A program made the position numbers and the translations under genes. 56,313 bases of DNA from a virus (Duplodnaviria > Caudoviricetes). The stretch lies in IMG/VR virus record IMGVR_UViG_3300012172_000001, positions 1-56,313 of that record; one strand, written 5' to 3'. Shown here one piece after another: positions 1 to 9,963 of the stretch (position 1 is its first letter; every line of letters begins with the position of its first letter). Under the pieces are notes generated by a model, which made no database searches, had not been told where the DNA came from, and saw only the letters and a list, made by a program, of their open reading frames with translations.

Positions 1-123
1 CCTCTGCGACATGCGGGTAAAGCTCAATGTGCAGCTCATGGAAATCGCCGCCCGCAGGTTGCAGGCGCAGCAGGGCACGTCTCAGGCCGAACTCGAATTG
101 ATGAAGTACCAAGTCGATAGCCG
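1..123 (+). repeat. Terminal direct repeat, left copy (circularity overlap)
   Basis: cctctgcgac...gtcgatagccg is identical to 56191-56313. Confidence 0.98.
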
Positions 124-250
124 TCAAAATTTCCTGGTGGGGATGTTTCGCGTGATTCAGGACCGCAGCGACGAATATCCCGACCTCTCCGAGATGTCCA
201 AGCTGGCATTCTCTTTAGGAGATGCCGGCTCGGGCTGGGTGGCGCCTTAA
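1..250 (+). CDS. 3' end of the 665-aa coiled-coil protein that starts at 54443 and crosses the circular junction
   Basis: ATG at 11 corresponds to 56201, which is in frame with ATG 54443; stop TAA at 248-250. Confidence 0.85.
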   Translation, partial: LCDMRVKLNVQLMEIAARRLQAQQGTSQAELELMKYQVDSRQNFLVGMFRVIQDRSDEYPDLSEMSKLAFSLGDAGSGWVAP

Positions 251-1317
251 TGTTCAGAAAGAAGCGACAACCAGCGCCGTATTTCAGGATGCCGGGTTCG
301 CCCTACAACCCGGCTACTGGTGAACGTGCGCCCTTGGGTCGCTACGCCAACTCAGGGACCACGCTGGCGACGTTTCAGGTGATTGGCGACGATCCTAACG
401 ACCCAGATCAGGCAGACAACCACGTCAACTACATCGTCTGCCGCGGGTTTGATCCAGACGCCGACCCGAATTTCCGCTACCTGCACGACCCGTACACGGC
501 GGAGGACTCGACGCCGATCAACGTGGCCAAACCTTATTTTGTGCGCGGCACGTTTCCTTACAAACGCGGGCAGATCGTGGTGGCGGCCAAGATTCGCACG
601 CGGCTGGGCCAGAACGCAGGCGTATCTGCGGATTTCGTCGGCCAGCCAGAGGACTTAGACGAAGAAATTGGTCTCCTGACTGACGATAACGGCGTGGGGA
701 TCGCGTGGTTGGATATGTGCTGCTTGCCGCGCCCTGGAATTCCGTTTCTCAATGACTCGGGCGAAACGGCCCCGGCCTATGCGGTGATGAAGATCACAGA
801 TGACATTGCGAAAGCCGCTGGCCAGCCATTCAGCCTGGTGATCGACAAAGCGGACAATAATTGGAGCGGGTTGTATTTGGTCAACGGCCCGCGTGCCATT
901 GCTGATGGAGGGACTGGGACTGGTTATTTCTACACCGGAGACTACCCAGATCAACTCGCGCTCTACAACAGCGCCAACACGCCAGCTCCTGGAGAGCAAT
1001 GGTCCCCGGTTCCTGATTCGTGGCTGCTGCACAAAAACGGTCCCGGCTTTTTTATTCTGGGCGGCGCTGACGGCACGAAGGTCAACATCATCCAGAGGAT
1101 TCCGGGCCAGATTCTCGTGAAGAACGACAGCGGCGGGGCGATTGCTGGAGGCGGAACTGGCACGGTAGCTGTCTTTGGCGGCGCGGCTGGCAGCGAATCG
1201 GACTCCGGGTTCAATGTCAGCGTTTACAACCGCTCGTCGGTGTCTTGGGCAAGCAATAAGTACGGCTTCGTCGAAGTCGTCAACGGTCAAGCCTACGTTT
1301 CTCCGCACCAAACATGA
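250..1317 (+). CDS. Putative virion/tail-associated structural protein (355 aa)
   Basis: Coupled to neighbours by overlapping stop/start codons; Gly-rich, beta-strand-like composition; two related N-D-S-G motifs (FLNDSGETAP, VKNDSGGAI). Confidence 0.6.
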   Translation: MFRKKRQPAPYFRMPGSPYNPATGERAPLGRYANSGTTLATFQVIGDDPNDPDQADNHVNYIVCRGFDPDADPNFRYLHDPYTAEDSTPINVAKPYFVRGTFPYKRGQIVVAAKIRTRLGQNAGVSADFVGQPEDLDEEIGLLTDDNGVGIAWLDMCCLPRPGIPFLNDSGETAPAYAVMKITDDIAKAAGQPFSLVIDKADNNWSGLYLVNGPRAIADGGTGTGYFYTGDYPDQLALYNSANTPAPGEQWSPVPDSWLLHKNGPGFFILGGADGTKVNIIQRIPGQILVKNDSGGAIAGGGTGTVAVFGGAAGSESDSGFNVSVYNRSSVSWASNKYGFVEVVNGQAYVSPHQT

Positions 1318-1895
1318 CCGAGCATCGCGTTCGCCAGCTCCGCTTCTACTTCTGGGCGTTCGCCTGCTGCCTGTTCGCGCTCTGGAATCCGTGGTTTTCG
1401 GCTGGCTTGGCGTGGCTGCCGCTGGCGTTGTTTATGCCGGAGTTTGCTGCGGCCCCCCCCATGTGCTCACGCTGCACGTCCGCCACAGATACTCACAACA
1501 CAGTTCAAATCGACATCATCGGGGCTGTGGATAAAACTGCGGGGGCGATTTGCGGCGACTGTTCCTACGTCAACGTAAGCACGGCCGTTCTTACCTGGAC
1601 GGCTCTTGGGTTCCCGGCCTGCACTTGGAAGCTCAGCGTTACCACCGACAGTCCTGGCTCGTGCTGGGAAAACTTTGAGTTGGAGTTTCATAGGAACAAT
1701 CCGGGTCAGAATACGCTATGGTTGACCTCATTCACCTCACCATTCCCAGACTCTCAGCAATGGGAATTGACAGGCAGTGGCGGGACGCAGGATTGCGATG
1801 ATACGGAAACTGAGAATTCTGCCGGTGTCCAGGTTCCGGGTGGCGGTCACGGCTGCGACCTCAGCGGAGCATCGGTGACGATGACACCGCTATGA
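1314..1895 (+). CDS. Cys-rich protein with hydrophobic N-terminus (193 aa)
   Basis: Hydrophobic aromatic N-terminal segment, then CSRC, CGDC and further Cys; ATGA overlaps on both sides. Confidence 0.6.
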   Translation: MTEHRVRQLRFYFWAFACCLFALWNPWFSAGLAWLPLALFMPEFAAAPPMCSRCTSATDTHNTVQIDIIGAVDKTAGAICGDCSYVNVSTAVLTWTALGFPACTWKLSVTTDSPGSCWENFELEFHRNNPGQNTLWLTSFTSPFPDSQQWELTGSGGTQDCDDTETENSAGVQVPGGGHGCDLSGASVTMTPL

Positions 1896-2203
1896 TGCAG
1901 TGCATCCAATACGAAACCGGCGAGGTTCACGAATCAGGCCGCAAGATTCTGCGGTGCCGGCGGCGAGGGTGCGACCTGATTCAACTCGTTGAGTTGCCCG
2001 GCAGCAGAAGAATTCCAAGGGACTGTGGCGGCTTCCCGTTCTGGTGGGAGTTCGGTTGGTGGATTGAAGGATGGCTGAGAGGCCACGGCATCACCAAGGC
2101 CCGCGTCGAAGCCGTAGTCGGACATTGCAACTGCGACGAGCGGATTGAGGCGGCAAATGAGGCCGGTTCCGCAGCGGCAAAGACACTAGGCCTGAAGGAA
2201 TAA
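1892..2203 (+). CDS. Small Cys-containing hypothetical protein (103 aa)
   Basis: Coupled ORF; CRRRGC and CNCDER motifs. Confidence 0.55.
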   Translation: MMQCIQYETGEVHESGRKILRCRRRGCDLIQLVELPGSRRIPRDCGGFPFWWEFGWWIEGWLRGHGITKARVEAVVGHCNCDERIEAANEAGSAAAKTLGLKE

Positions 2204-2206
2204 CCA

Positions 2207-3601
2207 ATGGCAATCGTTCTGAAATACGGCGCTCCTGGCCCGATCCTGCTCGCTGGGGCCGCGGGCGGCAGAGGGCATCGCGAAAACGAATACCAGGACG
2301 ACGCGCTCAAGCTGTGGCAGCAGCAGCAGCAGCAGAATTTCCAGTCCCGTCAACTGTCGCAGCAGCAATCTTTCGCAGGTGGGCAGGCGGCCCTCGACCG
2401 GGAGTACAGGTCGGAACTGCAAGGCGCGGCGTTGAAGGAATCGCAGACGGAACGCGATTACAGGGCAGGGCAGCAGAAGAGCGCGCAGGATTTCCAGGCG
2501 GGACAACAGAAGGGCGTGCTTGAAGCTCGCGCCGGAGAGTCAGTCTTGGATCGCGAGCAGCGAGCCTTGGCGGATAGGCAGCGACAGGAATTCGTCGCCG
2601 ATCAAAACACGCTGACCGGCTTGCGGAGGGGCGAGCTGGAACTTCCGCAAGCGGCGCAGAGGCGGCTACAGCAACTCGATGCGGGGCTGGTCGAGGCGAT
2701 GAAGCTGTCGCCGGCCGAGCAAGGAGAGTTTCGGCAGAAGTACGAAGCCGAGAAGCGCAATCTGCTACGGCTGGCCACTCCGTCGCAGGAGATGTCTTAC
2801 GAAGATCGGGTACGGAAGAACCTGGGTACCAACTACGAGCAATACAAGAGCCTGCCGTGGCAGTTCAATAATCAGGGCGAGATGTCGCTGCCTACCGGGT
2901 TCAAGTTGCCGGGCAACGATCAGGAAAAGTCCAAGCAGCAGCTCACCGAGGATTTCGTGACGCGGTACGAAAAGCATCGGAAGGAACTGGACGAAGAAAC
3001 CGGCCTGCCGATTTCCGATGAAGTGGCCAGGAAAAAGGCGCTCGACGATCAGATGGCGACTGGACGGGCTACTCAGTGGTATTCGGGGCGCGGTTCGCAG
3101 GCAACGGCCTCTGCACAGCAGCCGGCCGGGGAAGACGCGATTTGGGGCGCAAGAGCGGCGGAGGGTGCTCGTGCGCAATCCCAGGCCATATCAGCGGCGG
3201 CCGGTCGTCCTGCACAGCAACCGCAGTCAGCAGCCCTGCCTGCGACACAGACTGCGCAGCAAGCCCAGGCTCGCAAGGATGGAATGTACAGAATTTCCGA
3301 TGACACGCTGCTTATGATTCATGGCGGAAAAGAAGAAAGGCAGAAGATCACCAGCGAGAACAAAGATGGCGTCTCCTACGGAACTGGTTCTGTCCGTGGT
3401 GCGGCTTCTAGCTCACAAATAATTGACGAAAGACCAAAAGCAGGTCCGCAAACGCAAATGCAACCAGCCTCGCAGTTGACGCCCGCACAGCAGCCGCTGT
3501 CGCTGGCGATTCCCCAGCCGAAGACGGTCGAAGAAGCGTCCAAACTGCCACGCGGCTCAACCTTCCGCTGGACAGACGGTTCGATTCGCAAAGTACCGTA
3601 A
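2207..3601 (+). CDS. Putative internal virion (ejection) protein, Gln/Ala-rich (464 aa)
   Basis: Helical Q/E/R/A-rich sequence; lies just upstream of the giant protein, as ejection genes do in podoviruses. Confidence 0.55.
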   Translation: MAIVLKYGAPGPILLAGAAGGRGHRENEYQDDALKLWQQQQQQNFQSRQLSQQQSFAGGQAALDREYRSELQGAALKESQTERDYRAGQQKSAQDFQAGQQKGVLEARAGESVLDREQRALADRQRQEFVADQNTLTGLRRGELELPQAAQRRLQQLDAGLVEAMKLSPAEQGEFRQKYEAEKRNLLRLATPSQEMSYEDRVRKNLGTNYEQYKSLPWQFNNQGEMSLPTGFKLPGNDQEKSKQQLTEDFVTRYEKHRKELDEETGLPISDEVARKKALDDQMATGRATQWYSGRGSQATASAQQPAGEDAIWGARAAEGARAQSQAISAAAGRPAQQPQSAALPATQTAQQAQARKDGMYRISDDTLLMIHGGKEERQKITSENKDGVSYGTGSVRGAASSSQIIDERPKAGPQTQMQPASQLTPAQQPLSLAIPQPKTVEEASKLPRGSTFRWTDGSIRKVP

Positions 3602-3763
3602 CTATGTTCCCGCTTTCCAAATAGACATTCCGCTCGCAAAAACAGCCGTGGCGGCGAGATACATTCCCATGCTCTCCCAGAAGGACAGTTGGAGCGATGT
3701 TGACAGCGAGGCGATTACACAGCCAAGGATGCAGACCGCGACGGCGATGCTCTTGCGGGCCAT
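3602..3763 (-). CDS. Small two-transmembrane protein (53 aa), possible superinfection-exclusion moron
   Basis: MARKSIAVAVCILGCVIASL...MYLAATAVFASGMSIWK; fills the gap between two plus-strand genes on the opposite strand. Confidence 0.5.
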   Translation of the reverse strand: MARKSIAVAVCILGCVIASLSTSLQLSFWESMGMYLAATAVFASGMSIWKAGT

Positions 3764-3797
3764 TGAAAAATCGTAGCAACTACGTGAGGCAAAAGAA

Positions 3798-6700
3798 ATG
3801 CCACCGCTGACCATTGATGACTTCCCATTGGCCGAGGAAGCTGATACTCCGAAGCCGCTTTCGATCGACGACTTCCCGATGGCGAGCGGGAAGGATTTAG
3901 AGCAGAGCGTTTCTCCCAGCCGGGCACTGGGGGCCGTGATGCAGCTTATGGACGATCAGGAGCAGGACGACCCACAGCTTGCCGTCGCACGCTGGGGGCA
4001 CGGCGAATTGAGCAAATGGGCCGGACGGATGCCGTTCCTGGGTCACGCTTTCAAAGCCAGTAACTCCCTGACCACGGCACGCTCTGCCAATCGGATCAAG
4101 GACGGCAAGGGGGACCAGAGGGATTACGTCAACGTGGCCATTTACTTGCGGCAGCAGCGGGAGTTAGGCAACCGCGGGTTCGGCAACAAGCTACTCGATT
4201 CAGTGCTCGATATTCCTGGTTTCGCCCAGGAGTTCATTATGACCACGGGCGCTTTCACCGCCGCGAAAGGCGTGGTCGGCAAGGCGCTTGGTGGCCTGGG
4301 AACGGGAACAGCCGCGAAGGCCGTGCAGGCGATCGTGCCATCGGCCGCTGGCGTGGTGGCGCAAACGGCAGCCAACCCAACATTAACGACCGAGATCGCA
4401 GCCGCCAACACCGTCCCTGACATCGGGATGACCACGGCTGACGGCGAGCAGTTTGCAACGATTGGCGACGAACGGAGTTTTTTGGCCGCCCTGCCGCCCG
4501 CGTTTCTCGACACGATGATCGAACTTGGCTCGGAGCGGGCAGGCGGGGTGATCGTCGGGGCGCTGGGAAAGATTCCAGGCGCGACGCGGATCGCGGCGCT
4601 AAAGAACGGAATCGTCAACCGCTGGCTGTCGAAGCCCGGTCGCAATCCCGGAATGCTTGCGGAGACGCTGAAGCAGGCCGGCTGGAATGGTGTCATTGGC
4701 GAAGTGCTCGAAGAGCGCGTCGGTGACGTTGCGCGACTTGCGACCGGGCTGGAGTCGGCGGAAGAAAACGTGACCGGCCAACTCGCGACTGGGAGGTACA
4801 AAGAGGCGCTGGAGCAACTGGCTATCGAGGGATTGGCCTTCAGCGTGCCGGGGGCGATCAATGTTGCCTCGCGCGCCGTGCCCGATGGAAGGGCGGAGCG
4901 GCTGGCCGAACTCAAGGCCGTTCGCGCCAAGGGCTACGTCTCCGCAGACGACGGCCAGGCCGCAGGAATCGAGGGCGAGACACGGAAGGAACGATTGACC
5001 AACACGGACGCTGAAATTCAACAACTCGAACAGGAGATTCAAAATGCCGGCACAGTACCAAGCCCTGAAGCGGAAGTACGGCAAGAGCAAGGCGGCGCGG
5101 ATATTCGTGGGGAAGGGCAAGTCGAAGTACCAGCGGAGCCAGCGGGCGAAGTCGCTCCAGCACAATCGGAAATACTGACTTCGCAGGAACTGCGCGACTA
5201 TTTAGCGCAAGCCGAAGCCGCCGCGCCGGAAGCGTCTGAGCAGCCGGAGCAGGACGGCGAACCCCCGGTCCCCGATGGATACGTTCGTGTCTATCACAGC
5301 GGCGGACCTCAAGACGGAGGCGGCCGGTGGGTAAGTACCGACAAGACATACGCCTCGGACTACCGCCCCGACCTGCCGCTTAGCTACATGGACATCCCTG
5401 AGAGCGATCCGCGTGTAAATAACCCGGACTATGCGGAGCAAGGGGTTAAACAGGGATTCACCTTCAATTTCGAGACGACGCCAGAAGAAGCGGCAAAGCT
5501 GACTGAAATCCCGCGCGACCAGCAGGCCGAACAGCCGCGCGACGTCGCCGCCGAAATCCGATCCGCTCTCACCAGCGGTCCCGTCACCGTCACCACGCCG
5601 CAAGTCCAGGCCGGCTTCCAGGTCGCCAAAGTCCGCGACGACGGGAAGGTGGTTACGAAGAAGGGGCGTGTTATGACGCCGGACGAGACGTGGGAAATTC
5701 AGAAGCCACAGGAGCAACCAAGTGCCCAGCCTGAGCCAGTTCGTGAAGCAGTACCTCCAGTCCCCGAAGCCGCACCATTGCCAGCAGCCGCCGCGGAAGC
5801 TGTTCCGCAAGCCGGGCAAAGTGAAGCCGCCGCACCGGCCAAAACCCGGATGGACTTGATTCTCGATGAGGTGGAGAGGTCCGGGAAAGAAATGAACGTG
5901 CAACTCGAAGGGGCAACTCCCGACGTGTTAAAAAGGGCAATTCAAGCAGCGAGCGATCGTGGGCTGTGGGCAACAACAGACGGAAACAACCTGCTTATCA
6001 GGCCCGAAGCCCCGTCGCCAACCGCGGCAGCAGTTGAGCCAGTGGCTTCGCCGCTTGCAGCCGAACAGCCTGGCGTCGAACCGCCAGCCATTCCAGCGCC
6101 CGAAGCGGCCCTGCCAGCTCCACAAACCCAGCCTCCAGACACCACGGGCACGAAGAACGTCAAGACCGACGGGCTTCGCCAGAAGGCCGGCATGGCGGAA
6201 CGCCCGCCAGTCGAGCCGGAGACGCGCGACGAGTGGGATTCCAAAGCGGCGAAGCGCATTGCCGACGATCCGCAATACGCCGGCAAGCTGGCCGCAGAGT
6301 TGGCCGCGAAGCCGCGGGCACTCGATCCGGTCGAAGAGATGACCCTGAACAGACATCTGCGCGACCTGGAGAACCGGCGCCAGTCCGGGGAAGACGTTGC
6401 CGACGAAATGGCTACCGCTGTCGAGGCTTCCGAGCGGGCCGGAACTATCTGGGGACGGGCTGGCGTTTCCCGGCAAGCTGAACGCGCTGCCGATTTCTCG
6501 CTGGAAGGAATCGTCCGCCAGCACCTTCGTTCCGTCAACGAGAAACCGTCCGACGAGCAACTGGCCAAGTATGCGGAGATGGCCGACAGGATCTCGAAAC
6601 TGGAAGGCGAGTTGAACGAAGAGAGACAGAAGCGTGTCCAGGCCGAGATCGACAAGCAAATTGCCGAGAGCAAGAAGCCGGAAGTCGAGCCGGCGGCCAA

Positions 6701-9572
6701 ACGCCCCAAGAAAACGACGGAACGCAGGCAGGCAGCAGAGAAGAAGGTTGCCGATGCTTGGGAGAACTTCCGCAAGGCGATGCAGACCACGGCGGGATCA
6801 TCCGGGGCGAATCTTATTGGACCGGCTGTGGATGTCGCTAAGGCTTACGTCGAGCTGGGGTACGTGAAGTTTTCTGAATTCATTGCCGAAGTCCGCACGA
6901 ACATGAAAGACGCGGACGAGAATCTGTTCCGACAGGCATGGGTCCAGGCACAGCCGAAGATGGAACCCGACAAGCTCGATGCGTCAGGCATCGGCGTACT
7001 GGCCCGCAAACTCACCCGCTGGGTGGTCGAGTCCGGCATCACGGAGCGCGAAGCGGCGGTTGATGCTGTCCACGAGCACCTGACCACAATGGGATTCGAT
7101 CTCAGCCGCTCGGAGACGATGACGGCGATTTCGGGCTACGGTGAGTTCAGTGAACTCTCCAAAGACGAAGTGAGCGTCAAGATTCGTGGGATCAAGGGCG
7201 AGCTGCAACAGCTTCTCAAGCTGGAAGATATGCAGGCCGGTCAGGCCCCGAAGAAAACGGGCGTCGAACGCCGCGAACCGACAGACGAAGAACGGCGGCT
7301 TATCAAGGAGGTCAACGAGGCCAAGAAGCGCGGCGGGTACACCGTCACCGACCCGGACACGCAACTGAAGTCGGCGCTGGCGTCGGCAAAAACGGCCGCC
7401 CGCAACCGGATTACCGACTTGGAGAAAGCGATCGCCGCTCGCGAGAAGATCGTCAGCGGGCAGACGGCGCTCAAGGCCGACGCGGAATTGACGGACCTGC
7501 GCAAGCGACGCGACGCACTGAACGAGGAATACAGGAAGATATTCCCGCCGAAGAAGAACGGACTCTCGGATGCCCGCCGCCTGAAGATGGCCGAGAAGAT
7601 GCTGGACCGACAGCTTAGCGATTTGCAGGCGGACCTGGCCGCCGGCCGGCTGGGGCCGAAGGAGAAGAAGGCTCCGCTGACCTCTCCCGCCCTGGAAGAG
7701 AAGCGCCAGCAGCTCAAGTCTCTCAAAGAGGTTCGCGAACAAGCCCGCGCCGCAAGCCCTGAGTATCAAGCTCAAGAGGCCGCCAAGCAGAACACCAGGT
7801 ACAAGAAGACTTTGGAGCGATCACTGGCGTTCTGGGAGAAGCGGCGAGACGACGCCGTGCAAGGCAAGTTGCCGGCGAAGCGCAAGCCGACTCCGGTGGA
7901 CGACGCGATTCTGGAGAAGAAGTACCAGATCGAACTGGTCAAGCGTCACGCCCGAGCCGAGATCGAAGAGGCGGAGCGTGCCGCGCGCGGTCGAGCGGGC
8001 AAGGCTCTGGGCTTCGGCGGCGACCTGCTCGACCTGTCGCGGGCCGTGATGACGGGCTACGAAATGTCGGCAGTCTTGCGCCAGGGGGCGTTTTACACGC
8101 TGGGGTTCCCGAAGCAGGCATTTCCGGCCGTGTGGAAGTCGATCCAAGCGGCCTTCAGTCGGCGGGCTGACTTCGCGCTGCACGACGATCTGATGAAGCG
8201 TCCGAACCACGCCGACTATGTGCGCGGCGGGCTGGAAACTACAGCCTCCGATGGCCCGCTGTCGCACCGCGAGGAGCTTCTGCGGTCAAGGATCGCCTCG
8301 TGGCTGGCGAAGCAGCAAGGCGTTGCAGCAGCCCTGCCGAGATGGGCTTCCGAGGGGCTGCTGGGAAGCGAACGGGCCTTCCGATCGTTCCTGAACACGA
8401 TGCGAGCCGATCTGTTCGATTACATGAAGGACAGCGTTGAAGCGTCCCGGCCGGGAACCTGGTCAGAGGAGGACGCGAAGACGGTTGCGCATGGGGCCAA
8501 TGTATTCAGCGGTCGGGGTAAGCTGCCTTACAACCAGAGCGGCGTCGGCTGGTCGCGGATTTTCTACGCGCCGCGGTGGGTCTGGTCGCGTGGACAGTTG
8601 CTCGTCGGTGAACCGCTCTGGAAGGGGGACCGGGCGACGCGCGTGGCAATCGGCAAGGTGTACGTTCGCGCGGCGCTTGGTTTATCGGCGTACACGATGC
8701 TTCGGCACGCTGTCTATGCGATGCTCGCTGGGGACGACGACGAACATGAGCCGGAATACGAACTCGACCCGCGTTCCAGCGACTTCGGAAAAATGCGGGT
8801 AGGTGAAACCAGAATCGACTCTGGAGCCGGTTTTAATCAGCTCGTGACGCTGGCGGCTCGGATCATCACAGGGGAAGCCAAGCGGTCGTCGGGAAAGATC
8901 GTGCCAATTCGCGGGGACGACGTGCCATACGGCGGGGACGACACCGGAGATGTGATCCATCGCTTCCTGGACACGAAACTGGCGCCGCTGCCGTCTGCGG
9001 TGATGGATTTCATTCGTGGAAAGAACGTCGTGGGCGAGAAGGCCACCGTGGGGAAGGTCGTCGGGGACCGGGTTACGCCGATGACGTGGCGCGATATTTG
9101 GGACGCCGAGAAGGAATTGAACGTGCCCCAGGGAACCGTCGCGGCCCTGGAAGCGTTCTTCGGGGCTGGCGTCTCGACCTACGGCTCACGAAATGAGTAC
9201 CGCGACTCCAGCGAGGAGCAGCGCAAGGAGATGGTCGCGAAAGACCTGAAGAACATGAAATGGGACTCCCCAGAGCCAGCCTACGGCGAGTTCCTGACTA
9301 CTGGGCAGTTGAAGCAGTTCGACGCCAGACGGCAGGAGAAACGCGGCCTAGTCGTTTACAACGCGACGTACACCGGCAAGAACGAGGACGAACTGAAGAC
9401 GCGCGATAGGAACCGAGAATACCTCTCTGAGATGGGCATTTCCTTCGAGGAAGCCCGTGATTTCCTGAAGGACTACTACCGCCGGCCGGACGAAAAAGGC
9501 AGGCCGGGCAGGATTACGGAGGGCTATTTCCCGAAGCTCCGGGCCCTGAAGCGGATTTACGACCGCCAGTAG
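3798..9572 (+). CDS. Giant internal virion/ejection (polyvalent-type) protein (1924 aa)
   Basis: Largest ORF and last gene of the structural operon; Ala/Gly-rich N-terminal region, acidic Pro-rich linkers, long coiled coils; ART-like insert near nt 5270-5500. Confidence 0.7.
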   Translation: MPPLTIDDFPLAEEADTPKPLSIDDFPMASGKDLEQSVSPSRALGAVMQLMDDQEQDDPQLAVARWGHGELSKWAGRMPFLGHAFKASNSLTTARSANRIKDGKGDQRDYVNVAIYLRQQRELGNRGFGNKLLDSVLDIPGFAQEFIMTTGAFTAAKGVVGKALGGLGTGTAAKAVQAIVPSAAGVVAQTAANPTLTTEIAAANTVPDIGMTTADGEQFATIGDERSFLAALPPAFLDTMIELGSERAGGVIVGALGKIPGATRIAALKNGIVNRWLSKPGRNPGMLAETLKQAGWNGVIGEVLEERVGDVARLATGLESAEENVTGQLATGRYKEALEQLAIEGLAFSVPGAINVASRAVPDGRAERLAELKAVRAKGYVSADDGQAAGIEGETRKERLTNTDAEIQQLEQEIQNAGTVPSPEAEVRQEQGGADIRGEGQVEVPAEPAGEVAPAQSEILTSQELRDYLAQAEAAAPEASEQPEQDGEPPVPDGYVRVYHSGGPQDGGGRWVSTDKTYASDYRPDLPLSYMDIPESDPRVNNPDYAEQGVKQGFTFNFETTPEEAAKLTEIPRDQQAEQPRDVAAEIRSALTSGPVTVTTPQVQAGFQVAKVRDDGKVVTKKGRVMTPDETWEIQKPQEQPSAQPEPVREAVPPVPEAAPLPAAAAEAVPQAGQSEAAAPAKTRMDLILDEVERSGKEMNVQLEGATPDVLKRAIQAASDRGLWATTDGNNLLIRPEAPSPTAAAVEPVASPLAAEQPGVEPPAIPAPEAALPAPQTQPPDTTGTKNVKTDGLRQKAGMAERPPVEPETRDEWDSKAAKRIADDPQYAGKLAAELAAKPRALDPVEEMTLNRHLRDLENRRQSGEDVADEMATAVEASERAGTIWGRAGVSRQAERAADFSLEGIVRQHLRSVNEKPSDEQLAKYAEMADRISKLEGELNEERQKRVQAEIDKQIAESKKPEVEPAAKRPKKTTERRQAAEKKVADAWENFRKAMQTTAGSSGANLIGPAVDVAKAYVELGYVKFSEFIAEVRTNMKDADENLFRQAWVQAQPKMEPDKLDASGIGVLARKLTRWVVESGITEREAAVDAVHEHLTTMGFDLSRSETMTAISGYGEFSELSKDEVSVKIRGIKGELQQLLKLEDMQAGQAPKKTGVERREPTDEERRLIKEVNEAKKRGGYTVTDPDTQLKSALASAKTAARNRITDLEKAIAAREKIVSGQTALKADAELTDLRKRRDALNEEYRKIFPPKKNGLSDARRLKMAEKMLDRQLSDLQADLAAGRLGPKEKKAPLTSPALEEKRQQLKSLKEVREQARAASPEYQAQEAAKQNTRYKKTLERSLAFWEKRRDDAVQGKLPAKRKPTPVDDAILEKKYQIELVKRHARAEIEEAERAARGRAGKALGFGGDLLDLSRAVMTGYEMSAVLRQGAFYTLGFPKQAFPAVWKSIQAAFSRRADFALHDDLMKRPNHADYVRGGLETTASDGPLSHREELLRSRIASWLAKQQGVAAALPRWASEGLLGSERAFRSFLNTMRADLFDYMKDSVEASRPGTWSEEDAKTVAHGANVFSGRGKLPYNQSGVGWSRIFYAPRWVWSRGQLLVGEPLWKGDRATRVAIGKVYVRAALGLSAYTMLRHAVYAMLAGDDDEHEPEYELDPRSSDFGKMRVGETRIDSGAGFNQLVTLAARIITGEAKRSSGKIVPIRGDDVPYGGDDTGDVIHRFLDTKLAPLPSAVMDFIRGKNVVGEKATVGKVVGDRVTPMTWRDIWDAEKELNVPQGTVAALEAFFGAGVSTYGSRNEYRDSSEEQRKEMVAKDLKNMKWDSPEPAYGEFLTTGQLKQFDARRQEKRGLVVYNATYTGKNEDELKTRDRNREYLSEMGISFEEARDFLKDYYRRPDEKGRPGRITEGYFPKLRALKRIYDRQ

Positions 9573-9574
9573 GC

Positions 9575-9790
9575 CTACGGAACCTGGCAGGTGGCACAGG
9601 CCGAATACGTGCGGCCGTAACTGGCCTGCCGGCTGGCTCGCCGCTCTTGCCGCCGCTGGACGCCCAGCACTTGGCCGGCGCGGGCCTTGGCTCGCTGGAG
9701 CAAGTTGCACAGCGGACCAGCCTCGGCCGAGACTGGGGCGACAAACAACACGCTGGAGATGACCAGCAGGGCGATGGTGAGACGTTTCAT
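9575..9790 (-). CDS. Small secreted protein (71 aa)
   Basis: Signal peptide MKRLTIALLVISSVLFVAPVSAEA; basic core; C-terminal CATC. Confidence 0.6.
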   Translation of the reverse strand: MKRLTIALLVISSVLFVAPVSAEAGPLCNLLQRAKARAGQVLGVQRRQERRASRQASYGRTYSACATCQVP

Positions 9791-9791
9791 T

Positions 9792-9959
9792 TCAACACTT
9801 TCCTTTCAGGCCAGCCGCTTCTACGCGGCGATGCCATTTCGAGTTACCGGACACACATTTGCCAGACTTGCGACGACTGCGGACAAGTCCCTTGCGGGCC
9901 GGGCTGACGGCGACAGACGACGTGAACAAAGAAACCAAAAAATCAATTCCGAGTTTCAT
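9792..9959 (-). CDS. Small basic hypothetical protein (55 aa; below the ORF-track cut-off)
   Basis: MKLGIDFLVSLFTSS...AAGLKGKC; GAGGA upstream; fills the gap in the operon. Confidence 0.4.
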   Translation of the reverse strand: MKLGIDFLVSLFTSSVAVSPARKGLVRSRRKSGKCVSGNSKWHRRVEAAGLKGKC

Positions 9960-9963
9960 TTGG

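Noticed and set aside
1-123. 123-bp end repeat as a biological terminal repeat
   Set aside because: It falls inside a gene and far from the terminase region; more likely an assembly overlap of a circular contig
2318-2335. CAG run as a contingency locus
   Set aside because: Short in-frame poly-Gln within a Gln-rich protein; slippage would not switch the frame
3798-9572. Tape measure protein
   Set aside because: No tail tube, sheath or tail-chaperone genes and no regular aromatic periodicity; an ejection/polyvalent protein fits better
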